DNA of 64,000 bases from Podarcis vaucheri. Its lineage: Eukaryota. Positions 54,219 to 63,635 of the stretch are shown here, piece by piece. A program made the position numbers and the translations under genes. The notes under the pieces were generated by a model. It saw only the letters and a program-made list of their open reading frames with translations. It did not search any database and was not told where the DNA came from. Where the stretch lies: NCBI GenBank assembly GCA_965113315.1, contig OZ220363.1; one strand, given 5' to 3'. Positions within the stretch are counted from its first letter, which is position 1, and each line of letters starts with the position of its first letter.

Positions 54219-54687
54219 CAGTGGTACCTCGGGTTAAGTACTTAATTCGTTCCGGAGGTCTGTTCTTAACCTGAAACTGTTCTTAACCTAAAGCACCACT
54301 TTAGCTAATGGGGCCTCCTGCTGCTGCCGCGCCGCCGGAGCAGGATTTCTGTTCTCATCCTGAAGCAAAGTTCTTAACCCGAGGTAATATTTCTGGGTTA
54401 GCGGAGTCTGTAACCTGAAGCGTATATAACCTGAAGCATATGTAGCCTGAGGTTAGCACTGTACAGTGGTACCTTTGGTTATGAACTTAATTCGTTCTGG
54501 AGGTCCGTTCTTAAGCTGAAACGGTTCTTATCCTGAGGCGCGCTTTCGCTAATGGGGCCTCTGGCGTGCGATTTCCGTTCGCCTCCTGGGGCAAAGTTCG
54601 CAACCAGGAGCAGCTACTTCCAGGTTAGCAGAGCTTGTAACCTGAAGCGTTCGTAGCCAGAAGTGTTTGTAACCTGAGGTACTAATG
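54219..54687. mobile_element. Two tandem mariner-type MITEs sharing one TA (54219-54461 and 54464-54687)
   Basis: ...GCACTG TA CAGTGGTACC... junction; the two copies belong to different subfamilies. Confidence 0.85.
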
Positions 54688-54911
54688 TGCAAACACAGGT
54701 GTGAAATTTGTTCCATACCAGCTACTGGTTTGCTCCAAAGGAAAGCAGTAATATATGCTGCTTTTTTATTATTAAAGGTTGGTAAAAATTGGCGAGTTCT
54801 TGGCAGTCTTTTTATTTTGTTCGTTTAGCTTTGGACTTGTACAGTGACTGGCATTCCATAGAATGGGATTAACCGCACTGTACTAGACACAGTTGAATTC
54901 AAGGCTTGTAT

Positions 54912-55090
54912 CAGAGGCAGATTTAGGGCAGGGAGAGTGGCTCCCTGCCCCCCGCCCCAGGCTCTGAACTGAGGCGTGTGCTGCAGTGCATTGCAACTAT
55001 GATGTAGTGCACGTGCAGAAAGGAAGGCGCACTGAATTTTCGCCTCACACAAGGTGCTGCTTAAATTTGAAAGACCCAAGTCTGCCTGTG
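54912..55090. mobile_element. hAT-type MITE
   Basis: CAGAGGCAGA...TCTGCCTGTG termini; flanking direct repeat (G)CTTGTATC consistent with an 8-bp TSD. Confidence 0.7.
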
Positions 55091-55790
55091 CTTGTATCCT
55101 AAGACTAGGGGGTTTGGGTTTGCTTGTTTATTTGTTTGCTCTTGTACTGGGAGGTGTCAGGTTTGTTTCCAGTGAAACAGAATTGCTGTCAAGAGCAATT
55201 GTTGCTGCTGGTCTAAGCTTGAAAGCATAGGACCCAACTCCTAGGGGCTGAGGTCCCTTTGCCCTTCTCCCTTATAAAATATTTGAGGCGGCTGCCCCCT
55301 CCCCCCAGTTGATGGGCATTGCCATTCAAATGCTGTGTGTGCTGCATCTTGTGATTGATTGTGAAGAGCAGGGCTTACCTGAGCCCCCTCAATATTTATT
55401 CAAGTTGGCACTCCTGCTGCAAAGCCAAGAAAAGTCCAGGAATTTAATCAGGAATACAGCTGATGCTATAAGGAAGAGAGTGCCTGTGCAGGTGCAGAAT
55501 GCAGTTCCATCTACTAGACTAGGGACACGATCAAGGTGAGCTCAGACCCTCCAAGTGTCCCTATTTTCCCGGGACAGTCCCGGATTCACAGAAGGTGTCC
55601 TGGTTTGATCCTGGAATGCCCTGCATTTCCTTAGGACGCCCCTATTTTAATTGGGGAAATGTTGGCGGGTATGTCTTAGCCTGATACCAGTCGCGCACCT
55701 TTCTTTTGAGAACCAGTGAGCCAGCCACCTATTTGCACCTGCAGAGTCACAGAGAAAAACCTAACAACCACCAAACACTTCGTCCTTCTT

Positions 55791-56157
55791 AGAATCATAG
55801 AATCATAGAGTTGGAAGAGACCACAAGGGCCATCGAGTCCAACCCCCTGCCAAGCAGGAAACACCATCAGAGCACTCCTGACATATGGCTGTCAAGCCTC
55901 TGCTTAAAGACCTCCAAAGTAGGAGACTCCACCACACTCCTTGGCAGCAAATTCCACTGTCAAACAGCTCTTACTGTCAGGAAGTTCTTCCTAATGTTTA
56001 GGTGGAATCTTCTTTCTTGTAGTTTGGATCCATTGCTCCGTGTCCGCTTCTCTGGAGCAGCAGAAAACAACCTTTCTCCCTCCTCTATATGACATCCTTT
56101 TATATATTTGAACATGGCTATCATATCACCCCTTAACCTCCTCTTCTCCAGGCTAAA
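55791..56157 (-). mobile_element. CR1 LINE 3' end (young)
   Basis: AGAATCATAGAATCATAGAGTTGGAAG is the reversed (ATTCTATG)n CR1 tail; followed by GTCAGGAAGTTCTTCCTAATGTT typical of the CR1 ORF2 end. Confidence 0.9.
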
Positions 56158-56329
56158 GTCCTGCGTTCTTAAGTCCTGCGTTTAAAGTGCACTTTTTGTC
56201 CTAACAAACACATGGGGAACGATTCGTTGCAGCAGCAGCAGCGGTAACCCCATTATCTTGATTTCCAGAACGGGACAGGCCAGGACTGGAAAAGCGGAAA
56301 AAGTCAGCACCAAGCCCAGGTGAATGAAT

Positions 56330-56785
56330 GGAGCCAGCAGCCGCGGCCAGCGCTTGCGAGCTTCCTTTGTGGCTCCCGCCCCTCGTTCCAAGCCGGAGAG
56401 AGGGCACGTAACAATCCCAGATCCCAGTCTCTCCCTGCACGTCCGGCACTGCCCGGGAGCTTTTTCGTGCGCTGCGTTGGATCCCGCGTGTTCCCAGCGC
56501 GTGTCCTCGAGGGACGGCTGGATGAGGCGGCGAGAGAGAGAGAGGAAGCCAGGAGGGCGGGAAGGAGGGAGGCGCTGGGCGGGGGCGGAGGCGCCGCTCG
56601 CTCCCCGTGGTACGTGTGCACGCTCCCGAGCGGCATGTCCTCGCTCCTCGTATCCGGCGGCGTGTGGCGCGAGCATGGCATTTCCCGCGTGGAGCTCGGG
56701 CCCGGCCAGAAGCGGCATGCCGCCGCCGTGGTGAGGCGATGCCGCCCCGCCGGCCGGGAGCGGGAGCTGGTCTTGCGCGCAAACC
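56330..56785 (+). promoter_or_regulatory. CpG-island promoter / 5' UTR of the upstream PHD exon, with candidate HREs
   Basis: High GC and CpG density; GC boxes (GGGCGG ~56555-56590); RCGTG cores at 56405-56410 (CACGTA), 56438-56442 (CACGT) and 56611-56616 (TACGTG, followed by inverted CACGC at 56619-56623). Confidence 0.7.
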
Positions 56786-57394
56786 ATGGCCTCCTCCGGC
56801 GGGGAAGCGGCCCAGCAGCAGCCCCCGGCGGCCGCCCAGCTCCGCGGAGACTCAGTAGAAAGCATGAGGAGGATTTTCATCCACCACCCGCCCGGGAGCC
56901 GCCAGGAGGGGGGCGGAGAGGAGCAGCCTGCAGGGCCGGCCGCAGGCCCCCTCGGAGGCCTCTGGTGCCCCGCTGCGAGCCCGGCGGAGGCCCCGGGCGT
57001 CGAGGGCGCTTCGCCCTCCGCCGGCTCTCCGCCTGGCAGCAAAGCTCCTCTCCGGGAGCCCCGCAGAGATGCGCAGAGGCTAGTCTTGCGCTACGTGGTG
57101 CCTTGCATGAACGCCTATGGCTTGTGCATAGTCGACCACTTCCTGGGGCACAGGATGGCCGAGAAAATCTTCCAAGAGGTCCTGGCTTTGCACCTGAGTG
57201 ACAAATTCCAGGACGGCGCCCTGGCGAGCCAGAAGGCGGGCGGCGGCCGAGCCATTCGCGGGGACAAGATTTTGTGGGTTGAGGGCAGTGAGCCGGGCTG
57301 TGAAAATATAGGCTACCTCCTGAAAAGAATGGATAAGCTCATCATGTACGCAGATGGCAAGCTGGGGCGCTACAAAATTAGAGGAAGACACAAG
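56786..57394 (+). CDS. PHD2/EGLN1-like first coding exon (203 aa); putative alternative exon 1 of EGLN3
   Basis: Strong Kozak ACCATGG; intact ORF; C-terminal 106 aa (YVVPCMNAYGLCIVDHFLG...FQDGALASQK...IRGDKILWVEGSEPGCENIG...GKLGRYKIRGRHK) is the N-terminal half of the EGLN catalytic domain. Donor AAG|GTTAGT is phase 0 at the conserved EGLN intron-1 position. Confidence 0.85.
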
Positions 57395-57604
57395 GTTAGT
57401 AGCTTGTAAGCCCCGACTGAAGTTCACTCCGGGCTCCTCCGGAGTTTCTGATCTCCCTCTCTTGCCATTTCATGTACTCTTCCGAGTCTTAACCACGCAA
57501 TTCCTGGCCGCTCTGCTACCAGCTGCAACTCGGGCTTGGCATTTGGTCCATCCGCTCAGATCCTAACCCTAGTTCGATCGCTTTGTGAAACAACTTTAAA
57601 CCGT

Positions 57605-57794
57605 CAAAATAAAAAAATTCCTTCCAGTAGCACCTTAAAGACCAACTAAGTTGCACACTTCTTCAGATACACATGCACACAAGTGTGCATGCACACGAAA
57701 GCTCATACCAAGAACTAACTTAGTTGGTCTTTAAGGTGCTACTGGAAGGAATTTTTTTATTTTGACTATGGCAGACCAACACGGCTGTAACTGG
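57605..57794. mobile_element. Penelope-like terminal repeat (rearranged inverted pair) between the two first exons
   Basis: Same family as 9602; 13-bp TSD AACTTTAAACCGT at 57592-57604 and 57795-57807. Confidence 0.8.
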
Positions 57795-58549
57795 AACTTT
57801 AAACCGTGTAGCGTTCACAGCGTGGCAGCCCACGTGGGATTTCCTATATCCACGAATTGGAGAGGTAGTAGCGGGTGATTTTGTATGGCGGGGGGTAACC
57901 TCACTACGCTTAAAGACACGGTTTCCTTTTTTTGTTTTTCCCGCCTTCATCAAAAAGTTCCCTAGAGTTATTAACCAGGATTTGTGAGCTGCAGTTTCAA
58001 AGAGAACAAATTTTCTGAAACACTCGTGCGTGCATATGCATATATATAACCCCGAACATCTTACTTTAACGGCTCTCTCTAACGTTTATACAGTATTGGT
58101 AATTTCTGAAACGATAGTTATCTTGGCAGGCTATGAGAGTGGGCATATTTTCCTAGCTTTTAGGAGAAAAGGAATGAGGTTTAGAATCCAGGTGGTGACA
58201 AGTCAGTGAGTGCTTTTTAAACAAATCATCTGTGTTTCGAGAGGCTTTTGAAAGCCGGGAACTGGTATTCCGCACGCATGATCTTGTTTGCAAAGCGAAT
58301 TCCAGCTCTGCAATATGTTTTGTCAGCAGATGACCAGGTGTGAAAAGGGGGGGAGGATGTCTTGAAGTGGGAGAGAGAGAGAAAGAAAAGAGGGAGATAA
58401 GCACTTGTAACCTCGCTCCCCATCCCTATAGCATTAAGTTGCCAAGAGAAACTCAACTGGCACTTAACGCCCTTATACCCCCCCCCTCCGTTTGTTTACA
58501 TTGGCTTGTAGTATGTGACCGTAGTAGAAGCGTACATGCTGGGGGAGAA

Positions 58550-59422
58550 TTCCTCAATGGCGGAGACCACACCCACTCCGAGTTGTAGGCGGCGCACGAC
58601 GAACCATAAGCCGCGCCTCCTCCAGACACGCGGCTTTTCCTCTCCGCCCTCTCCCCCACGCCTTGATTCCAGCCGTGAACCCTACGCGGGTTGGACGCTT
58701 CCGGCGAAGCCCCGCCCTGCCCCCCTCCTGATTGGCTGCCCTCACGTTCCACAGGGCTGCGGGTAGGCGCGGGGAGAGATTGTCCCCGGGACGGGGCTCC
58801 ACCCACGTGGCGCTCGCCGCAGAAGTAGGAACACATTCTGCACGTAGCAGACGTATTAATCAGAGAGGGGCCATCTGCTGCCTCGGTGAAATTGAAAGGA
58901 GTTTGCAGGACTCGGCACCAAAAAAAATTCAAAAAAAATTAGGGGGAGTGATCACATCAGCAATTGCGGGGTGTTCACACACTGGTCTCCCGGCCTTAAA
59001 GCTGGTAGAAAAGAGCTGCTTCAGCTTCCTTTTCCAGCAACTGCCTCTCTGCCAAGGTGCCGATCCCCCCGCGGTATTGGGTGGAGGTCAGTCCGCGGAA
59101 GGCGTGCAGCCACCGTTCACTTCATTAGCAAGCCTTGTGTCGCCCAGGGGTTGGGAGAACCCGAGAAGGTGGCTGCTGACTGCGCTGAAGACAAAAGTAC
59201 GACTTTAGCCAAACTTTTGGGCACGCCGGTTTCTCTGACTAGCCGGACCCTGATTTGCTCTGCTCTGCTCGCTTCTCCCAAGAGTTAGGCATCGCTGCTG
59301 GCCCGTGTGGCGGATTCAGTGTGTTAGAATCGCCGATAGAAACCAGGTCTCCTGGCGCGCGCTCCGCCGCTTGGCTTGCGGCTCTTGACTTTCTGCTACA
59401 AGGGGCGAAATCAGTCGGGTTC
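58550..59422 (+). promoter_or_regulatory. CpG-island promoter / 5' UTR of canonical EGLN3 exon 1
   Basis: CpG-rich; GC box CCCCGCCC ~58710; inverted CCAAT (ATTGG) at 58731; CACGT at 58743, CACGTG at 58804-58809, CACGTA at 58841-58846. Confidence 0.7.
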
Positions 59423-59428
59423 ATGAAA

Positions 59429-59785
59429 ATGCCACTGGGACATATCATGAGATTAGACCTAGAGAGAATTGCCTTGGACTACATAGTGCCTTGTTTGCAT
59501 GACATTGGTTTTTGCTACCTGGACAATTTTTTGGGCGACTTGGTAGGAGACTGTGTCCTGGAACGTGTGAAGCAGATGCATTATAACGGGGAGCTGCAGG
59601 ATGGTCAGCTAGCCGGCAAGCGCAACGGCATCTCCAAGAGACACTTGAGGGGAGACCAGATAAAGTGGATCGCAGGCACTGAGGAGGGATGCGAGGCCAT
59701 CAACTTTCTCTTGTCACTGATAGACAGACTGGTTATGTACTGTGGAAGTAGACTTGGCAAATACTATGTGAAAGAGAGGTCCAAG
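59429..59785 (+). CDS. EGLN3: Egl nine homolog 3 (PHD3, HIF prolyl hydroxylase 3), coding exon 1 (119 aa); the rest of the gene lies beyond the window
   Basis: MPLGHIMRLDLERIALDYIVPCLHDIGFCYLDNFLG...KRHLRGDQIKWIAGTEEGCEAINFLLSLIDRLVMYCGSRLGKYYVKERSK matches the diagnostic PHD3 N-terminus; consensus donor AAG|GTAAGA. An in-frame ATG lies 2 codons upstream (59423). Confidence 0.97.
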
Positions 59786-61235
59786 GTAAGAAATTCAAAT
59801 GGGGGGAGATAGCTACTAACACTTCTAATGTAATGGGGACTTTTAATTAGGGAGCCATGCTTGAATGTTTGGGTTGTAAGGGGGTTAATATCCTTATTTG
59901 CTTTCATACTGATGCTGGGCTTAATATTTCCATCATAAACTGCAAAACACAAGTAAGCGATACCTGGGATGAGTTTTTTGATCCTCCACCCCAAGTTAAA
60001 ATCCTAAAAAAGTTTATTGTGAATATGCTCCTTTGGACTCAACTGGATTTACTTACTGGTTTAAGAATTTTTCACTTTTTCAGTGCAGCATGTGAATGAC
60101 TATAATTCACACTGGGGCAGCCAACTTGGTTTAAGTGAGATTATAACTGTAACTGGCCCTCTTGTCTCCTCCTAGAAGTGGAAATGCAGGATGTTGCATT
60201 TGTGAGGAATTTGTTTTTTAAAAATATTACTAAGAAGAATTCCAATATAGCATTGATTATACACCTGTAGAAGAGTTTCCTAGAACTACATTGGCAATTC
60301 AAAATGATTTTGAATGGTGCCAAAAGTTTGTATAAGTCCATTGCCTAATTGGATTATCCTTGCTTTCCTGTCACTTTCCACTAAGCTCCAGGTTGGGTTC
60401 TTGTGGTGGTCATATGCTGAGTGCTTGTCAGGCTCCTGAGCAGCTTAGCTTGTCTTTAGAAAGGTAATAAAGTTAATCCCTAATTTATGCACATATGTAC
60501 CAGCAGAGGACACTGCACAGCTGAGTAAATAAACAAAATCCACAGCAATTAATAAATTAATTTATGCTGAAAAGTGACCGAAGTGTGGGCCCATGCATAA
60601 ACTCCTTTTGGTTTGCATTGATCAAACTGATTGCACAGCTTCAACCTTCTGTTAGCAATCAGTTTCATACAACGTGCGCCTTTGCATGTCAGAAGTAAAT
60701 CCTATTGAGCTCAGTGGAATTTCAACTTACTCCCTGGTTAGTGGAGTTAGGATTGCAGCTGTGGAAAGCGAAACATATCTGGAAGTGACAACAAAAATCC
60801 TGATTAATGGCCATGAGAGGACGTTCTGTAACAGTAGTTAGATTGGTTTCCTTCTTCCTTAGTTTCAGACTTCATTGAAATCACCAGATAAATTATTTCA
60901 TTGCTTTTCCTTCCTTCCCTACCACTCAAGAGGTAAAGAAGTAAAATAATGTCATGCATATGTTCAGTTGAACAAAAGCAGTTTTGACAAAAGCCAGCAC
61001 ATTAGCTAGTTTTTGAAAAGTTATTCGGGACTTTCTTCCTCTCTTCTGTGTTGCTTATTATTCCAGCATCCTTCATGGTAATGAATGAATAGTTTTACCA
61101 GAACTCAACTTTAGGTAGTGACTAAGCCTACAGAAGTATATCTGTAACTCTGCTATAGGCTTAATTATTTACGGTGCAATCCAATGCTTGTCAGAAGTAA
61201 GTCTCATTGATTCAAATGAGGCATACTCCCAGGTA

Positions 61236-61589
61236 CAGTGGTGCCCCGCAAGACGAATGCCTCGCAAGACGAAAAACTCGCTAGACGAAAGGGTTTTGCG
61301 GTTTTTGAGCTGCTTCGCAAGACGAATTTCCCTATGGGCTTGCTTCGCAAGACGAAAACGTCTTGCGTTTTTTGCAAGTTTGCTTCCTTTTTCTTAACAC
61401 CATTAATACAGTTGCGACTTGACTTCAAGGAGCAACTCATAGAACACGGTGTGGTAGCCTTTTTTGAGGTTTTTGGTGATTTTTGAAGCTTTTCCAAAAC
61501 TTTTCCGACACCGTGCTTCGCAAGACGAAAAAACCGCAAGACGAAAAAACTCGCGGAACGAATTAATTTCGTCTTGCGAGGCACCACTG
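61236..61589. mobile_element. Tc1/mariner-type MITE in EGLN3 intron 1
   Basis: TIR CAGTGGTGCC(C/T)CGCAAGACGAA, TA TSD, internal GCAAGACGAA repeats; nested in an older short palindromic repeat. Confidence 0.9.
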
Positions 61590-62459
61590 TAAGTGGGTAT
61601 GGGATTAAAGTCTTTGGGTTGTGTGCAACTAACTTTGAATTAGAGTAGACCCAGTGATCCATTGCTTTTAACATCAATGGGTCTGCTCTGAGTCAAAGTT
61701 GACTACAACCCCATGATTCACAAATAGGACTTGCAACAAAATATTGCAGTGTGGACTGGGTGTATTCAGAGTTCCAGACAACAATGGCCTTTTGCAAGAC
61801 ACTCCATTCCCCCCTGGTTTTGTCTTCCCAGTCAGCCGGTGTACCATGGCTACCGAGCATGCTCAGTGAGCTAGTTGGAGGTTTTCCCTCCTCTTACTTT
61901 TTTTTGGGGGGGGGGGATATTTTACATTTTTGTGTTTCAGCAAACCTTGGGACTCTGCTGAACGTCTTATGTTTTGATGCATTTTGGCTACAGTCTAATG
62001 AGTTTGCTATTAGCATATAGAATTCTTAGATTTGCTTATGTTTATCGCAGAAGTAGAAGTTAAACTGAGTTAAAAGTGATCAACCATCACGCTGACTGCT
62101 AGTAAGTGTAGCCACAATCTGTGTACAGTTTTAGCTATCTACGTAAAGCTGTCTTAAGGTGGTGATTGTAAGCATGCTTACTAGGGAATAAATCCCGGCT
62201 GAATTAAATAGGACTTGTAAGCAAAGATGCTTAGAACCGTGGAGCACAGGAGATGGAACTTCATGGGGGAATGAACATGGAAGAGAAATCATAACACACA
62301 TTGCAGCCATAGGAAGTTACATACTGTATTCATGTTAGAAGCTGATTTAAGCCTCAGTCTTGAAAATAATCTCTGGCCACAACGATTCACACACTTAGCC
62401 AAGTCCCATTGAACTCAGTTGGACCCCTTCTGAGAAGATGTGCATAGGATGGCACTGTA

Positions 62460-62697
62460 AGTTTATTTATTTAATTGTATTTATATTCCACCACCTTCTC
62501 CCAAGGAGCTGATGTTGACACACATGGTCCGATCCCTCCTCCTCTAATCCTTGCCAGATCAATGTGAGGTGGGTTAGGCTGAGAGGCAGTGACTGGCCCA
62601 AGGTCACCCAGTGAGCTTCATGGCCAAGTGGGAATTTGAACCCTGGACTCCCGGGTCTTAGCCTGACACTCTAGCCAATATAACACACAGGCTCTCA
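62460..62697 (-). mobile_element. Old tRNA/CORE-like SINE
   Basis: (TTTA)n tail and GTGAGGTGGGTTAGGCTGAGAG...GTGACTGGCCCAAGGTCACCCAG...TTTGAACCC, shared with the 33479 SINE. Confidence 0.7.
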
Positions 62698-63114
62698 GTT
62701 TAAGATTGTTGCTTTAGGCTGGAAGCTGATAACATACTTGGTGTAAGTCCCATTGAACTCAAATGAGGAAGGGTTATAGCTGTACCTAGGGGTTGATGAA
62801 ACCCCTCCAGGGTCACAGACCCCAGTGTGTGTGTGTGTGTGTGTATATATAAATACAATATTCAACTATCTGGTGTTTGAATTCTACCACACTACCTGGA
62901 GTGCCACTCCCCAGCTCAGCACCTCCTTTTCCTGCTGAAGGAATCTGCCGGGATCTCCAGCATAAAAAGCTGCTGCTGCAGGAGGGACAGAATAATGCTA
63001 ATATAGTCTTCGTTGCCTTTCCGAAGTTTTCTCACGTCAACTTGGTTTATAAAGTCTGGACTGACTCTTCTGTATAGGTGCAAGTGCAAGCCTAGTCGTG
63101 CCTACTCTGAAGTA

Positions 63115-63635
63115 CCGTATTTTTCGTCCCATAGGACGCACCGGCCCATAGGACGCACCTAGTTTTTTTTGGGGAAAACAAAGGAAAAATTTTTTTCGTC
63201 CCATAGGACGCACCGGCCCACAGGACGCACCTAGTTTTTTTGGGGGGGAATAAAGGGGGAAAAATTCCCTTTATTTCCCCTCCAAAACCAGGTCGGGGAA
63301 TCCAAACCAGGTTGGGGAACAGCGGGATGGCGGCGCTGCGCCTCCCCGCTGTCCCCCGAGCTTGTGGGGCTGCCTGATGTCTGCCCGAAGCGCGGGGCGT
63401 GCTGAAGCAGAGCGCCCCGCGCTTCAGGCAGACATCCAGAGCCTGGGGAGCCCGTAGGCTCCCCAGGCTTGCTGATAGCTTCCTGAAGCCTGGAGAGTGA
63501 GAGGGGTCGGTGCGCACTGACCCCTCTCCCTCTCCAAGCTTCAGCGAAAGCCTGCATTCGCCCCATAGGACGCACACAGATTTCCCCTTCATTTTTGGAG
63601 GGGAAAAAGTGCATCCTATAGGGCAAAAAATACGG
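63115..63635. mobile_element. pogo/Tigger-type MITE
   Basis: TIR CCGTATTTTT...AAAAATACGG, TA TSD, repeated CCCATAGGACGCAC subterminal motifs, and a ~70-bp internal tandem duplication near the left end. Confidence 0.88.

Noticed and set aside
56600-56690. Possible relic MYND zinc finger (WYVC...WREH) upstream of the PHD2-like exon
   Set aside because: The Cys/His spacing does not fit MYND (CxxC...CxxC...YC...HQ..DW..H...C) and the frame differs from the main ORF.
56182-57201. Long overlapping ORFs in the first CpG island (293 aa +, 286 aa -, 193 aa -)
   Set aside because: Low-complexity Arg/Pro/Gly/Ala translations are expected from stop-poor GC-rich DNA; only the 56786 frame shows protein-family similarity.
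56786-57409. Upstream unit as a processed pseudogene or stand-alone 207-aa gene
   Set aside because: Similarity stops exactly at the conserved intron-1 donor. There is no exon-2 sequence, poly(A) or disabling mutation, and an unspliced product would lack all catalytic residues.
59380-59402. Acceptor-like CTTTCTGCTACAAG that could join the upstream exon to canonical exon 1
   Set aside because: Splicing from the phase-0 donor would be out of frame (20 nt to ATG 59423), AAG is a weak acceptor, and a tandem half-domain is structurally implausible.
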